From an uncultured Alphaproteobacteria bacterium (GTDB lineage Bacteria > Pseudomonadota > Alphaproteobacteria > RF32 > CAG-239): a DNA stretch of 51,131 nucleotides. The translations under genes were made by a program, and so were the position numbers. Of this stretch, positions 1 to 9,342 are shown piece by piece. The DNA lies in NCBI GenBank assembly GCA_947167235.1, contig CAMVHF010000003.1, forward strand, positions 1 through 51,131, in the 5' to 3' direction. The notes under the pieces are model-generated. The model was not told where the DNA came from, searched no databases, and saw nothing but the letters and a program-made list of their open reading frames with translations. Every line of letters starts with the position of its first letter. Within the stretch, counting starts at the first letter, position 1.

Positions 1-419
1 TGTTCTTTGGTCATATTTCCAGGAATTCTGTTGAAACCGCCCATCATACCACCTATGCAAAACAGCATTCCCATTGTTTTGATTTTTTGTTTGTTAAAGG
101 AAATTATATTTTTCAGCTTAAACGGTTCGCGCTTAAACGATACATTATATATATCATAGCCGAATGCAAAAATGACAGCGCAGATACCTATATAATAAAC
201 CGATAAATATGATACGATTCCGCCCATTGTACTCGGATAAGTTACACACCATGCCGGTAAATCTGCTGTTTGGCACGAATAGCTCCAGCGTCTGCAAATC
301 AAACTTATGAAGGTCAAAATCCCTGCATATATAAAAGGTACATACCAATGGTCCAACATTCTCCATATAAGGCCGAATGTTTTTCTTAATGCTCCGAATA
401 GTCCAAATTTTCTGCTCAT
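1..419 (-). CDS. Partial membrane protein (5' part; runs off the window start), immediately downstream of dnaE
   Basis: Manual translation: ATG at 419, one base after the dnaE stop, open to the window edge (MSRKFGLFGALRKTFGLIWRMLDHWYVPFIYAGILTFISLIC...SYLSVYYIGICAVIFAFGYD...), with hydrophobic segments. Absent from the ORF track because it has no stop in the window. Confidence 0.65.
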   Translation of the reverse strand, partial: MSRKFGLFGALRKTFGLIWRMLDHWYVPFIYAGILTFISLICRRWSYSCQTADLPAWCVTYPSTMGGIVSYLSVYYIGICAVIFAFGYDIYNVSFKREPFKLKNIISFNKQKIKTMGMLFCIGGMMGGFNRIPGNMTKE

Positions 420-420
420 C

Positions 421-3400
421 TTAAATTTCCTTTACTAATGATACCCCCGGAATCGAGCGAATCGATGTTAGAAGTTCGCCGTTATCCAAGGCGTAGCCGT
501 TTTTCAGCTGAATACGGATATCCCAATCCGGCAACTCCGGTTTTATATAAACCTTATATACGCCGAAATGCTCGTGTGCCAACAGACGTTGTATCGGTCT
601 GACGGCCTCAACGCTGTTAATTTCTATAATCAATCCTTTAGAATTTTCCGTTATAGCCTCATCTAAGGTTTTGATAATATTAAACATAATGCGCGGCGGC
701 ATATCATCCGCCTGTTTTTCGATTTTTGCCTGTACAAACAACGGAAGTCCGCTTTGTAAAGCATGTTCGTACTTCATAATTCCTTCCGACCACAAAAGTC
801 CCTCATAGGCTGCCGAAGTATCCGATAGTTTGACAAAGGCGAACGGCTTACCGCTTTTACCGATTTTCTTTTGTACGGATTGCAAACATCCGGCCAGATT
901 TGCCATTATCACATCACCGGATTTTATACCTTTGATAACGTCATTAAAACTTCTGATTCCTAAGCGCTCCATACTGTCTTTATAAACGTCCAGAGGATGT
1001 GCCGATAAATAAAACCCTATTGCTTCGGCTTCGTATTCCAAACGCTCTAAATCCGGCCAATCCGGTTTATCCGATAACTTAACTTCGGTTGTCAGTTCTT
1101 GCGCACCAAACAGTGATGTTTGATTACTGTTTTTGGTTTCGGAAGCCGCCGCCATGTGACGCAAAATGTTATCTATATTAACAAACAGCTTTTGCCGGTT
1201 TGTATCTAAACTGTCAAATGCACCGGCCTTAATCAACTGTTCCATCTGCTTACGGTTAATTTGCTTGATATCAACCCGATGTATAAAATCGGATATACTC
1301 TTGAATTTGCCGTTTTTGGCGCGTTCTTCGGCAATATAATTCATATTGGCCTCGCCCACTCCCTTCAAACCGGCTAATGCAAAGCGAATATTGCCGTCTT
1401 CAACTTTGAACAGTGCATTGGAAGAATTAATATCCGGCGGCAAAACTTTGAAGCCCATTTTTTTAACTTCTTCGGTATAAAACGAGATTTTATCGGTATT
1501 GGTAATATCAAAATCCATAATCGCACACATAAATTCAACCGGATAATGCGCTTTCAAATATGCTGTTTGATATGAAATTAACGAATAAGCAGCAGCATGC
1601 GACTTGTTAAAACCGTATTCGGCAAACTTAGCCATCTGGTCAAAAATTGATTTGGCAACATCAGGATCAATGCCTTTTTTCTGCGCACCTTCGGTAAACA
1701 TCTCGCGTTGATGCGGTATTTGATCACGCATCTTTTTACCCATAACCTTACGCAATTTATCGGCGCCACCGAGTGTATAACCGCCCAGAACCTGTGCAAT
1801 TTTCATAACTTGTTCCTGATAAACCATAATACCGTAGGTTTCATCAAGTATCGGCGCTAAATCCGGATGTTCGTATTTAATTTCTTCTTGTCCGTGCTTG
1901 CGGGCAATAAAGGTCGGAATATTAGCCATCGGCCCCGGTCGGTACAAAGAGATAACCGCGATCAAATCCTCAAATCGGTCGGGCTTGATTTGCTTCATAA
2001 TATCGCGCATACCCGAAGATTCAAACTGGAATACCGCACTGGTATCACCACGTTGCATTAATTCATAGGTCAGCTTATCATCAAGCGGCAGAGAGGCCAT
2101 ATCAAGCTCAACCCCGTGAACGCGTTTAACCCATTCAACGGCACGTTCGATAACCGTCAATGTTTTTAAGCCCAAGAAGTCGAATTTAATTAAACCGGTT
2201 TCTTCAACAAACTTCATATCATATTGAGTTACCGGCATATCCGCACGCGGATCTTTATAAAGCGGAACAAGTTGGTCAAGCGGTCTGTCGCCGATAACCA
2301 CACCGGCTGCGTGCATACCGCTGTTACGATACAAACCTTCCAGTTTCATCGCAATATCAAATAATTTATTGATTTGCGGATCATTTACCCGCATTTCCTC
2401 AAGTTCCGGCACAAGTTCCAGAGATTGTTTCAATGTCGGATTTTTACCGCCCTGCCCCGGCGGAATCATTTTTGATATTTTATCCGCTTGACTGTACGGC
2501 ATTTGCAAAACACGCGCCACATCGCGAATAACGGCCTTTGATTGCAGTTTACCATAGGTAATAATCTGCGCCACATGGTCCATACCGTACTTATTTTGCA
2601 CATATTCGATTGTTTTATGGCGATTTTCCTGACACAAGTCCACATCGAAATCCGGCATGTTAACACGTTCCGGATTTAAGAATCGTTCAAACAGCAAATC
2701 CAATCTTATCGGATCCAAGTCGGTAATTTTCAAGGCCCAGGCCACTATTGAGCCGGCACCAGAACCACGCCCCGGTCCGATAGGCACACCGTGCGTCTTC
2801 GACCAACGGATAAAGTCCGACACGATAAGAAAATACCCCGGAAAGCCCATTTTTTTGATAACGCTTAATTCATATTCCAGGCGGGTATAATATTGCTCAT
2901 CGATTTTTTGGCGTTCTTCCTCGCTCATATCATCGGTGTACACTTGCTTAAGCATACGCTCATGCAACCCTTTATAAGCCTCTTCGGTAATAAATTCGTC
3001 TTGCGTTTTGCCGTCCGGACATATAAATATCGGTAACAGAGCTTCTACCTTTTTAGACAGGTAATTGCACTTTTTAGCAATATTTACCGTATTTTCAACA
3101 GCTTCCGGAATATCCTTAAACAATTCGATCATTTCATCTTCGGAACGCCAGTAGTGATTGATCGAGTATTTACGCCGATTATCGTTGGCAACATATTCGC
3201 CACCGGATATACAAATTAGGGCATCGTGCGCCTCATGCATTTCTTTATCGAAAAAGAAAACATCGTTTGTTGCCACCAAGGGAATATCGTGTTTGTATGC
3301 TAGTTCCAGAAATACCGGTTCGGTAATTTTTTCTTCGTCATAGCCGACACGCGAAATTTCCATATACAAGCGATTGCCGAAAATTTCTTTCAGCTCAAGC

Positions 3401-3894
3401 AATTTCTTTTCGGCATCTGTGAGGCGGTTTTTTAAGATAAGCTGTCCGATTGGTCCTTCATACCCTCCGGTAAAACATATCAAACCCTCGTTGAAATCAC
3501 GTAAGTTTTGCATATTAAGCTGCGGATAGAGGCTGTTTTCCGTGTTATCGAGATAATAACGCCGATACAGATGCATAATCGATTTATAGCCGGCCTCGTT
3601 TTGAACCAATAATATGATTGCATTCGGTTCAAGCTCACGCCCCTTGGATACAGCCAAATTTTCGGAATCATCATTATGCAAATAAAGTTCTGAACCGAGA
3701 ATCGGTTTAATTCCCTCTTCGGAGGCATACATCGAAAAAGCCTTGCCGCCAAACAAATTCCCTCGGTCGGTTATGGCACAGGCAGGCACTCCCAAATCGT
3801 GCAATTTATGCATTAACGTTGGCACCGGTGTTGCTCCCAATGCCAACGAATATGCCGTGTGAACACGCAAATGTACGAATTTAGGATCTTTCAT
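421..3894 (-). CDS. dnaE: DNA polymerase III alpha subunit
   Basis: N-terminal PHP domain (FVHLRVHTAYS), GPGRGSGAGS, FERFLNPERVNMPDFDVD catalytic motif, KFDFLGL, YGFNKSHAAAY, C-terminal OB fold; 1157 aa. Confidence 0.98.
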   Translation of the reverse strand: MKDPKFVHLRVHTAYSLALGATPVPTLMHKLHDLGVPACAITDRGNLFGGKAFSMYASEEGIKPILGSELYLHNDDSENLAVSKGRELEPNAIILLVQNEAGYKSIMHLYRRYYLDNTENSLYPQLNMQNLRDFNEGLICFTGGYEGPIGQLILKNRLTDAEKKLLELKEIFGNRLYMEISRVGYDEEKITEPVFLELAYKHDIPLVATNDVFFFDKEMHEAHDALICISGGEYVANDNRRKYSINHYWRSEDEMIELFKDIPEAVENTVNIAKKCNYLSKKVEALLPIFICPDGKTQDEFITEEAYKGLHERMLKQVYTDDMSEEERQKIDEQYYTRLEYELSVIKKMGFPGYFLIVSDFIRWSKTHGVPIGPGRGSGAGSIVAWALKITDLDPIRLDLLFERFLNPERVNMPDFDVDLCQENRHKTIEYVQNKYGMDHVAQIITYGKLQSKAVIRDVARVLQMPYSQADKISKMIPPGQGGKNPTLKQSLELVPELEEMRVNDPQINKLFDIAMKLEGLYRNSGMHAAGVVIGDRPLDQLVPLYKDPRADMPVTQYDMKFVEETGLIKFDFLGLKTLTVIERAVEWVKRVHGVELDMASLPLDDKLTYELMQRGDTSAVFQFESSGMRDIMKQIKPDRFEDLIAVISLYRPGPMANIPTFIARKHGQEEIKYEHPDLAPILDETYGIMVYQEQVMKIAQVLGGYTLGGADKLRKVMGKKMRDQIPHQREMFTEGAQKKGIDPDVAKSIFDQMAKFAEYGFNKSHAAAYSLISYQTAYLKAHYPVEFMCAIMDFDITNTDKISFYTEEVKKMGFKVLPPDINSSNALFKVEDGNIRFALAGLKGVGEANMNYIAEERAKNGKFKSISDFIHRVDIKQINRKQMEQLIKAGAFDSLDTNRQKLFVNIDNILRHMAAASETKNSNQTSLFGAQELTTEVKLSDKPDWPDLERLEYEAEAIGFYLSAHPLDVYKDSMERLGIRSFNDVIKGIKSGDVIMANLAGCLQSVQKKIGKSGKPFAFVKLSDTSAAYEGLLWSEGIMKYEHALQSGLPLFVQAKIEKQADDMPPRIMFNIIKTLDEAITENSKGLIIEINSVEAVRPIQRLLAHEHFGVYKVYIKPELPDWDIRIQLKNGYALDNGELLTSIRSIPGVSLVKEI

Positions 3895-3903
3895 TTTAGC
3901 TTA

Positions 3904-4149
3904 TTATGCGTTATCCGTACCTGATTTTTGATAACATCTGCAATGACATATACCGTCACGCTCTATATCACTGCGACAAAGCTCAGAAATACAATATCTT
4001 TTTTCATTAGAGCCGTCACACGGGCAACGACGCCACTCGCCTTCGCCAAACATCATATTCTTTGCTTTTGCTATTTTTTCAATATTTTGTGTCGGATAGT
4101 ATCCGGCCTTTTTACAGTTTTCTAACATCATTTCTAAAATTGTTGCCAT
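3904..4149 (-). CDS. Ferredoxin:thioredoxin reductase catalytic (beta) chain-like Fe-S protein, short variant
   Basis: 81 aa with CPC...CISELC...DGICHCRCY, matching the FTR CPC/CxC/CHC cysteine layout; GGAG RBS upstream. Confidence 0.7.
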   Translation of the reverse strand: MATILEMMLENCKKAGYYPTQNIEKIAKAKNMMFGEGEWRRCPCDGSNEKRYCISELCRSDIERDGICHCRCYQKSGTDNA

Positions 4150-4160
4150 TTTATATCTCC

Positions 4161-5060
4161 TTAACGTTGTTCCAGTAAATCAAGAATTGTGCTCAATTCC
4201 GCCGGATTATTGTATTTTAATGTTACACTACCTTTTCCGTTTTGACTAGCATTAATTTTGACTTTTAGATTTAATTTTTGTTCCAAATCTTTTATGATTT
4301 GTTGCATATCATAATCTGTTGTTTTTTGTTTGCGCTGAACCGTTTTTTTGTCTTTCAGTTCGGCAACCAAACGTTCTGTTTCGCGAACACTCAATCCTTT
4401 AGCTATTATTTCATTTGCCAACTCGATTGCGGCCGGATAACCGACCAGAGCGCGTGCATGTCCCGCAGACAGCTTATTTTCTTTAACCATCTGCTTAATT
4501 TCGTCCGGCAAACCGAGAAGTCTTAAAATATTGGCAATATAACTGCGTGATTTACCGATGATTTTACCTAATGTGTCTTGCGTATATTCATATTCTGACA
4601 TTAATCGGTTTAAGCCTTCAGCTTCTTCAATTGCCGAGAGATTTTCACGCTGCAGATTTTCAATTAACGCGATTTCCAGAGTTTCTTGATCACTCAGTTC
4701 TTTGATAAGAGCCGGAACAGTGCTTAAGCCGGCCATTTTGGCTGCGCGCCAACGTCTTTCACCGGCGATAATTTCATACTTGTCGCCCTTAACTCTTAAC
4801 AATAGCGGTTGCAAGATTCCCTTATCTTTAATCGAATCGGCTAAAGTCTGCAACGCCTCTGCATTGAACTCTGTTCTTGGTTGAAAGCTGCAAGGAATAA
4901 TTTTTTCAATTTCGATTTCATTTGCATTTTCATTTTTAAATACAGTGTTATTTACAAATGAATCTATATCTTTCGTATCATCCAAGTTTAAGTTGATATC
5001 GTCATCCCCCAATAAGGCTTCCAGACCTCTGCCTAAACCAAATTTTTTGTTAGCGTTCAT
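4161..5060 (-). CDS. parB: Chromosome partitioning protein ParB
   Basis: GLGRGLEALL N-terminus, QPR, GILQPLL, IAGERRWRA, ENLQRENL, HTH GKSRSYIANILRLL. Confidence 0.97.
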   Translation of the reverse strand: MNANKKFGLGRGLEALLGDDDINLNLDDTKDIDSFVNNTVFKNENANEIEIEKIIPCSFQPRTEFNAEALQTLADSIKDKGILQPLLLRVKGDKYEIIAGERRWRAAKMAGLSTVPALIKELSDQETLEIALIENLQRENLSAIEEAEGLNRLMSEYEYTQDTLGKIIGKSRSYIANILRLLGLPDEIKQMVKENKLSAGHARALVGYPAAIELANEIIAKGLSVRETERLVAELKDKKTVQRKQKTTDYDMQQIIKDLEQKLNLKVKINASQNGKGSVTLKYNNPAELSTILDLLEQR

Positions 5061-5827
5061 TATATCTCCTTTTCACGTTTTAAAAATTCTTTTGCCAATT
5101 CTATGTATGCTTGCGCACCCGTACTCTTAAAATCATAGACCAATATCGGCTTACCGAAAGATGGTGCTTCGGCTATTCGTATACTGCGCGGAATCACAGT
5201 TTCATAAACCTTATTTCCAAAATATTTACGCACATCAGCCTCGATCATTTTACTCAAATTGTTTTGCTTGCTGTACATTGTCAGAACAATACCCTGTAAT
5301 TTCAGCTTCGGATTAAAATTTCGCTTAATCGCATTAATATTTTTCATTAAATCAGCCAAACCTTCAAGAGCCAGAAATTCACATTGCAGCGGAACAATTA
5401 CCGAATCAGATGCAACCAGAGCATTAATCGTTATCATATTTAAGGACGGCGGACAATCTATCAGCACATAGTCATAAGCACCGGTTAAGTTTTTGAGAGC
5501 GTTACTTAATACATACTCTCTGCTTTCAACATCGACCAATTCAATTTCTGCGGCGGCTAAATCAGGGGCTGACGGAATCATATCAAAGCGCGGTAAATCG
5601 GTCTGAATCGCGGCAGATTGTGCATCGCAACGTCCGACTAAAACATCGTACGATGATTTTTGTTCTTTACTTTTGATGATACCGAGAGAGGTTGTCGCAT
5701 TTCCCTGCGGGTCAAAGTCAATAACCAAGACACGCTTATCTATTGCGGACAATGCCGTTGCAATATTTATTGCCGTTGTCGTTTTGCCTACACCGCCCTT
5801 GCGGTTCGCAATAGAAATTATTTTCAT
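5060..5827 (-). CDS. parA: Chromosome partitioning ATPase ParA/Soj
   Basis: Deviant Walker A KGGVGKTT, DFDPQGNAT, IDCPPSL, PLQCEFLALEG, EAPSFGKP; adjacent to parB. Confidence 0.97.
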   Translation of the reverse strand: MKIISIANRKGGVGKTTTAINIATALSAIDKRVLVIDFDPQGNATTSLGIIKSKEQKSSYDVLVGRCDAQSAAIQTDLPRFDMIPSAPDLAAAEIELVDVESREYVLSNALKNLTGAYDYVLIDCPPSLNMITINALVASDSVIVPLQCEFLALEGLADLMKNINAIKRNFNPKLKLQGIVLTMYSKQNNLSKMIEADVRKYFGNKVYETVIPRSIRIAEAPSFGKPILVYDFKSTGAQAYIELAKEFLKREKEI

Positions 5828-6450
5828 TTTTTCATCCTTATATTTTTAATTCTAACAATTACACCGTCATCACTGTATTTATTCTTATAGATTTCACGCG
5901 TGTAAATCCAACGTTTACCGGCTTCTGCTTCCTCGTCGGCAAAACTTCTACCTTTAAGTAGCAGCATTTCGGTATTCTTATTGCCTATTTTATCAGCATA
6001 TCCGCATAAAATATCGGTGGAAGCAACTGCGCGCGCCGTAATTATATCAACATTTTTAAATACAGCGTTTTCGACACGATTATTTACAACTTCAACAGAA
6101 TGTAATCCAAGATTTTCAGCAACATTTTTTAAATACAGTGCTTTTTTAGTAATACTTTCGACAAGTGTGATATGAGCTTGCGGATTTTGTTCTTGCAGTA
6201 ATATTGCCAATACGATCCCCGGGAAACCAGAGCCGCTGCCGATATCCACAATATGTTTTACATTATTCGGAATATAATCAACTAACTGAGCAGAATCCAA
6301 CACATGACGAACCCACACATCAGACAATGAGTTTTTGCTGACCAAGTTCATTTTAGTATTCCACTCAGACAATAAAACTACAAAATCTTGCAGTTTTTTA
6401 TATGTTTCACGTGAAACATTGTATCTAGAAAGTTCTTCAAAAATATCCAT
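5824..6450 (-). CDS. rsmG: 16S rRNA m7G527 methyltransferase RsmG (GidB)
   Basis: WNTKMNLVS, RHVLDSAQL, DIGSGSGFPG, TARAVA motifs; conserved position upstream of parA. Confidence 0.95.
   Translation of the reverse strand: MDIFEELSRYNVSRETYKKLQDFVVLLSEWNTKMNLVSKNSLSDVWVRHVLDSAQLVDYIPNNVKHIVDIGSGSGFPGIVLAILLQEQNPQAHITLVESITKKALYLKNVAENLGLHSVEVVNNRVENAVFKNVDIITARAVASTDILCGYADKIGNKNTEMLLLKGRSFADEEAEAGKRWIYTREIYKNKYSDDGVIVRIKNIRMKK
6403..6418. promoter_or_regulatory. parS centromere site (inside rsmG)
   Basis: Perfect palindrome TGTTTCACGTGAAACA, identical to the widespread parS consensus, next to parAB. Confidence 0.9.
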
Positions 6451-6516
6451 TATAACCTCTTTCTTCGAGATTATAAGATTCGTTTATATTTGCAAGTAAA
6501 TATATAGGTTATTATA

Positions 6517-7362
6517 CTATATTTTAAAACGTTTTGTAATACCGTGATCTTTCAGTGCTTGTTCAGCCTTATCAAAATCAGCACCAAGCTCTGACGTATA
6601 ATGAGCATCATCGTTTATAAGCATCGCAATATTTCTTTCAGACACAGCGTCAAGCAACAAAGCATCCGGATAAAAATCATTAATACGGCGCAACCCCTTT
6701 GTACTGATTTCTAATGCAACATTGTTTTGTTCCAAGGCATTTAAAACAGCGTTCTTTTCATCCCAATACAGATTCGGCTGATACACCTCACCGCAATAGC
6801 GACGAACATAATCTATATGAGCCAAAAAATCAAACATTTTGGATTCCACACATTGTCGCAACGTATCAAAATGTCTGATAATATATTCATTTAAAAGAGT
6901 TTTATCTGTGACAAAATTTTTTATAAATGTCATATTGATAATATTTTCATATTTATCATCACAGAAAAAATGATTACCGCTGTGTAAATAATCAACGTCC
7001 AAATTACTTATAAACTCTTTTAGTTCTTCCAACCAGCCGTCATAGGGAAAAAAATCAACCTCATAGCCCACTAAAACCTTAAAATTTTCTTCTTTTGCGA
7101 TTTTGCGTATTTCTTCACAGTGTCTTTGAAAAGCGGGTAAGATATCCTTAAAATTATTATTGTACACATGCGACGCCCTGTCCGACTGCATATATTTCCA
7201 GCATTCGCATTGGAACATATTTTTATGCACGATCAAATGATCGCTTATTCCAAGTTCGGTGAAGCCGATTTCCTTTGCATGACGAATCATTTCGCGAATT
7301 GAGTTTCGACCATCCGAGAAGGTGGTATGAGAGTGATAAGAAAAAGTTTGAGTATTACGCAT
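6517..7362 (-). CDS. PHP-domain hydrolase (histidinol-phosphatase HisJ/HisK-like)
   Basis: [33 protein letters not shown] metal-binding motifs. Confidence 0.85.
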   Translation of the reverse strand: MRNTQTFSYHSHTTFSDGRNSIREMIRHAKEIGFTELGISDHLIVHKNMFQCECWKYMQSDRASHVYNNNFKDILPAFQRHCEEIRKIAKEENFKVLVGYEVDFFPYDGWLEELKEFISNLDVDYLHSGNHFFCDDKYENIINMTFIKNFVTDKTLLNEYIIRHFDTLRQCVESKMFDFLAHIDYVRRYCGEVYQPNLYWDEKNAVLNALEQNNVALEISTKGLRRINDFYPDALLLDAVSERNIAMLINDDAHYTSELGADFDKAEQALKDHGITKRFKI

Positions 7363-9202
7363 TTTTAATATATCCCAAAATAGCCGTTACAGCTGCAGGT
7401 GTCACACCGGTTATGCGTGAAGCCTCGCCGATAGTCTTCGGTTTGACGGTTGTAAATCTCTGCACCATTTCGGTTGATAAGCCGCCGATTTTACTGTAAT
7501 CGATATCATCGCGGATTTTCAAATTCTCGTCACGCTTAAATACTTTAATATCTTCATATTCACGCTTGAGATAACCGGAATATTTAGCATCAATTTCAAC
7601 TTGTTCATAAATTTTATCATCTACGGTATTGATTTCAGAATCAAATTTTTCAATTGTTTCACGTGAAACATTAGGGTAGCCCATAACATCTTTTAAGGAT
7701 TTTTTGCCGGAATGTTTAACAGCCAAACCCTCTCTCTCGATATCGGCATACGATACGATTTTACTTTCACAGTATTCGTTAAACTTTTGAATCAATTCCA
7801 TTTTCTTTTTAAATACACTGTATCTGGCATCAGAAACACATCCTATTTCATGTCCGAGTTCGGTTAATCTGGCATCTGCATTATCAGCACGCAAAACCAA
7901 GCGGTATTCCGAACGCGAAGTAAACATTCGGTATGGTTCATCAACACCCTTAGTAATTAAATCGTCTATCATAACACCCATATAGCCTTGACTGCGGTCT
8001 ATATAAAATTCTTTACCTGTTTTTTTGGCAGATAGCGCAGCATTTACACCGGCAACAAGCCCTTGAGCACCGGCTTCTTCATACCCCGTTGTACCGTTGA
8101 TTTGTCCGGCCAAATATAATCCGGAAACCTTTTTGAGCTGTAAACAATGGTCAAGCTCTTGCGGATCAACATAATCATATTCGATAGCATAGGCAAAACG
8201 TAAAATTTCGACTTTTTCAAGGCCTTTCATCGTGTGTATAAACGCATCTTGAACATCTTCAGGTAACGATGTTGATATTCCGTTCGGATAAACAACGTTT
8301 GTATCGTAACCTTCGGGCTCCAAAAAGATTTGATGCGCTTCTCTATCGGCAAAACGTACTAGTTTATCTTCAATACTCGGACAATAGCGAGGGCCTTTAC
8401 CGGTAATTAATCCGGAAAACAGCGCGCATTTTGAAAAATTATCACGAATAATCTTATGTGTTTCGGTATTTGTATAAGTTATTCCGCAATCAATTTGTTT
8501 TTGCGTAATTTTATCGGTTAAAAATGAAAATGCCTGAGGATGCTCATCACCGGACTGACGTTCAAGGATATCCCAATTTATCGTATCGGCATTAAGTCGG
8601 GAAGGTGTACCTGTTTTTAATCGACCGAGTTTGATACCTTTTTGTTTTAAATACGGTGTTATTCCCACACAGGAAACATCACCGACACGACCGCCGATAG
8701 AAGTTTTATGACCGGTAAACATAACACCGTTTAAGAAAGTCCCCGTTGTCAACACAACGGCGCTTGATCTTATATCCGTTCCGTCTGCCAATTTAACACC
8801 GGCAATTTTATCTTCTTCAAACAACAACCCTTCAACCGCGCCTTCCTTAAGCGTTAAATTCGGCGTATTTTGCAGAGCTTCCTGCATATACTTTTTATAT
8901 AATTCTCTATCTGCTTGCGCACGCGGTCCGCGAACTGCCGGTCCTTTTGACAAGTTCAGCATTCTGAATTGAATTCCGGCCTTATCGATAACACGTCCCA
9001 TTAATCCGTCAAGCGCATCAATTTCTCTGACAAGATGACCTTTCCCAAGTCCGCCGATAGCCGGATTACAAGACATTTCCCCTATTGTCGAAATTTTATG
9101 TGTAACAAGCAAAGTTTTAGCACCTGTTCTGGCTGCTGCCGCACATGCTTCGCAGCCGGCATGACCTCCGCCGACAACTATAACGTCATATAAATTTTCC
9201 AT
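7355..9202 (-). CDS. mnmG: tRNA uridine 5-carboxymethylaminomethyl modification enzyme MnmG (GidA)
   Basis: [58 protein letters not shown]. Confidence 0.98.
   Translation of the reverse strand: MENLYDVIVVGGGHAGCEACAAAARTGAKTLLVTHKISTIGEMSCNPAIGGLGKGHLVREIDALDGLMGRVIDKAGIQFRMLNLSKGPAVRGPRAQADRELYKKYMQEALQNTPNLTLKEGAVEGLLFEEDKIAGVKLADGTDIRSSAVVLTTGTFLNGVMFTGHKTSIGGRVGDVSCVGITPYLKQKGIKLGRLKTGTPSRLNADTINWDILERQSGDEHPQAFSFLTDKITQKQIDCGITYTNTETHKIIRDNFSKCALFSGLITGKGPRYCPSIEDKLVRFADREAHQIFLEPEGYDTNVVYPNGISTSLPEDVQDAFIHTMKGLEKVEILRFAYAIEYDYVDPQELDHCLQLKKVSGLYLAGQINGTTGYEEAGAQGLVAGVNAALSAKKTGKEFYIDRSQGYMGVMIDDLITKGVDEPYRMFTSRSEYRLVLRADNADARLTELGHEIGCVSDARYSVFKKKMELIQKFNEYCESKIVSYADIEREGLAVKHSGKKSLKDVMGYPNVSRETIEKFDSEINTVDDKIYEQVEIDAKYSGYLKREYEDIKVFKRDENLKIRDDIDYSKIGGLSTEMVQRFTTVKPKTIGEASRITGVTPAAVTAILGYIKNA
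7655..7670. promoter_or_regulatory. parS centromere site (inside mnmG)
   Basis: Perfect TGTTTCACGTGAAACA. Confidence 0.9.
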
Positions 9203-9342
9203 TCTAACCTCTTATTTTTATTCCTTACTTATACACATATAAAATTAACTTTCAATTTAAATACAGTGTACTAAAACACAAAAATTTCATCTCAGATATT
9301 TTAAAATCACTGTTCAACATGAGTCTGCATTTAAATACACCG

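Noticed and set aside
154-366. 70-aa ORF from the track
   Set aside because: It overlaps, in another frame, the longer open frame 419 to <1 that starts right after dnaE.
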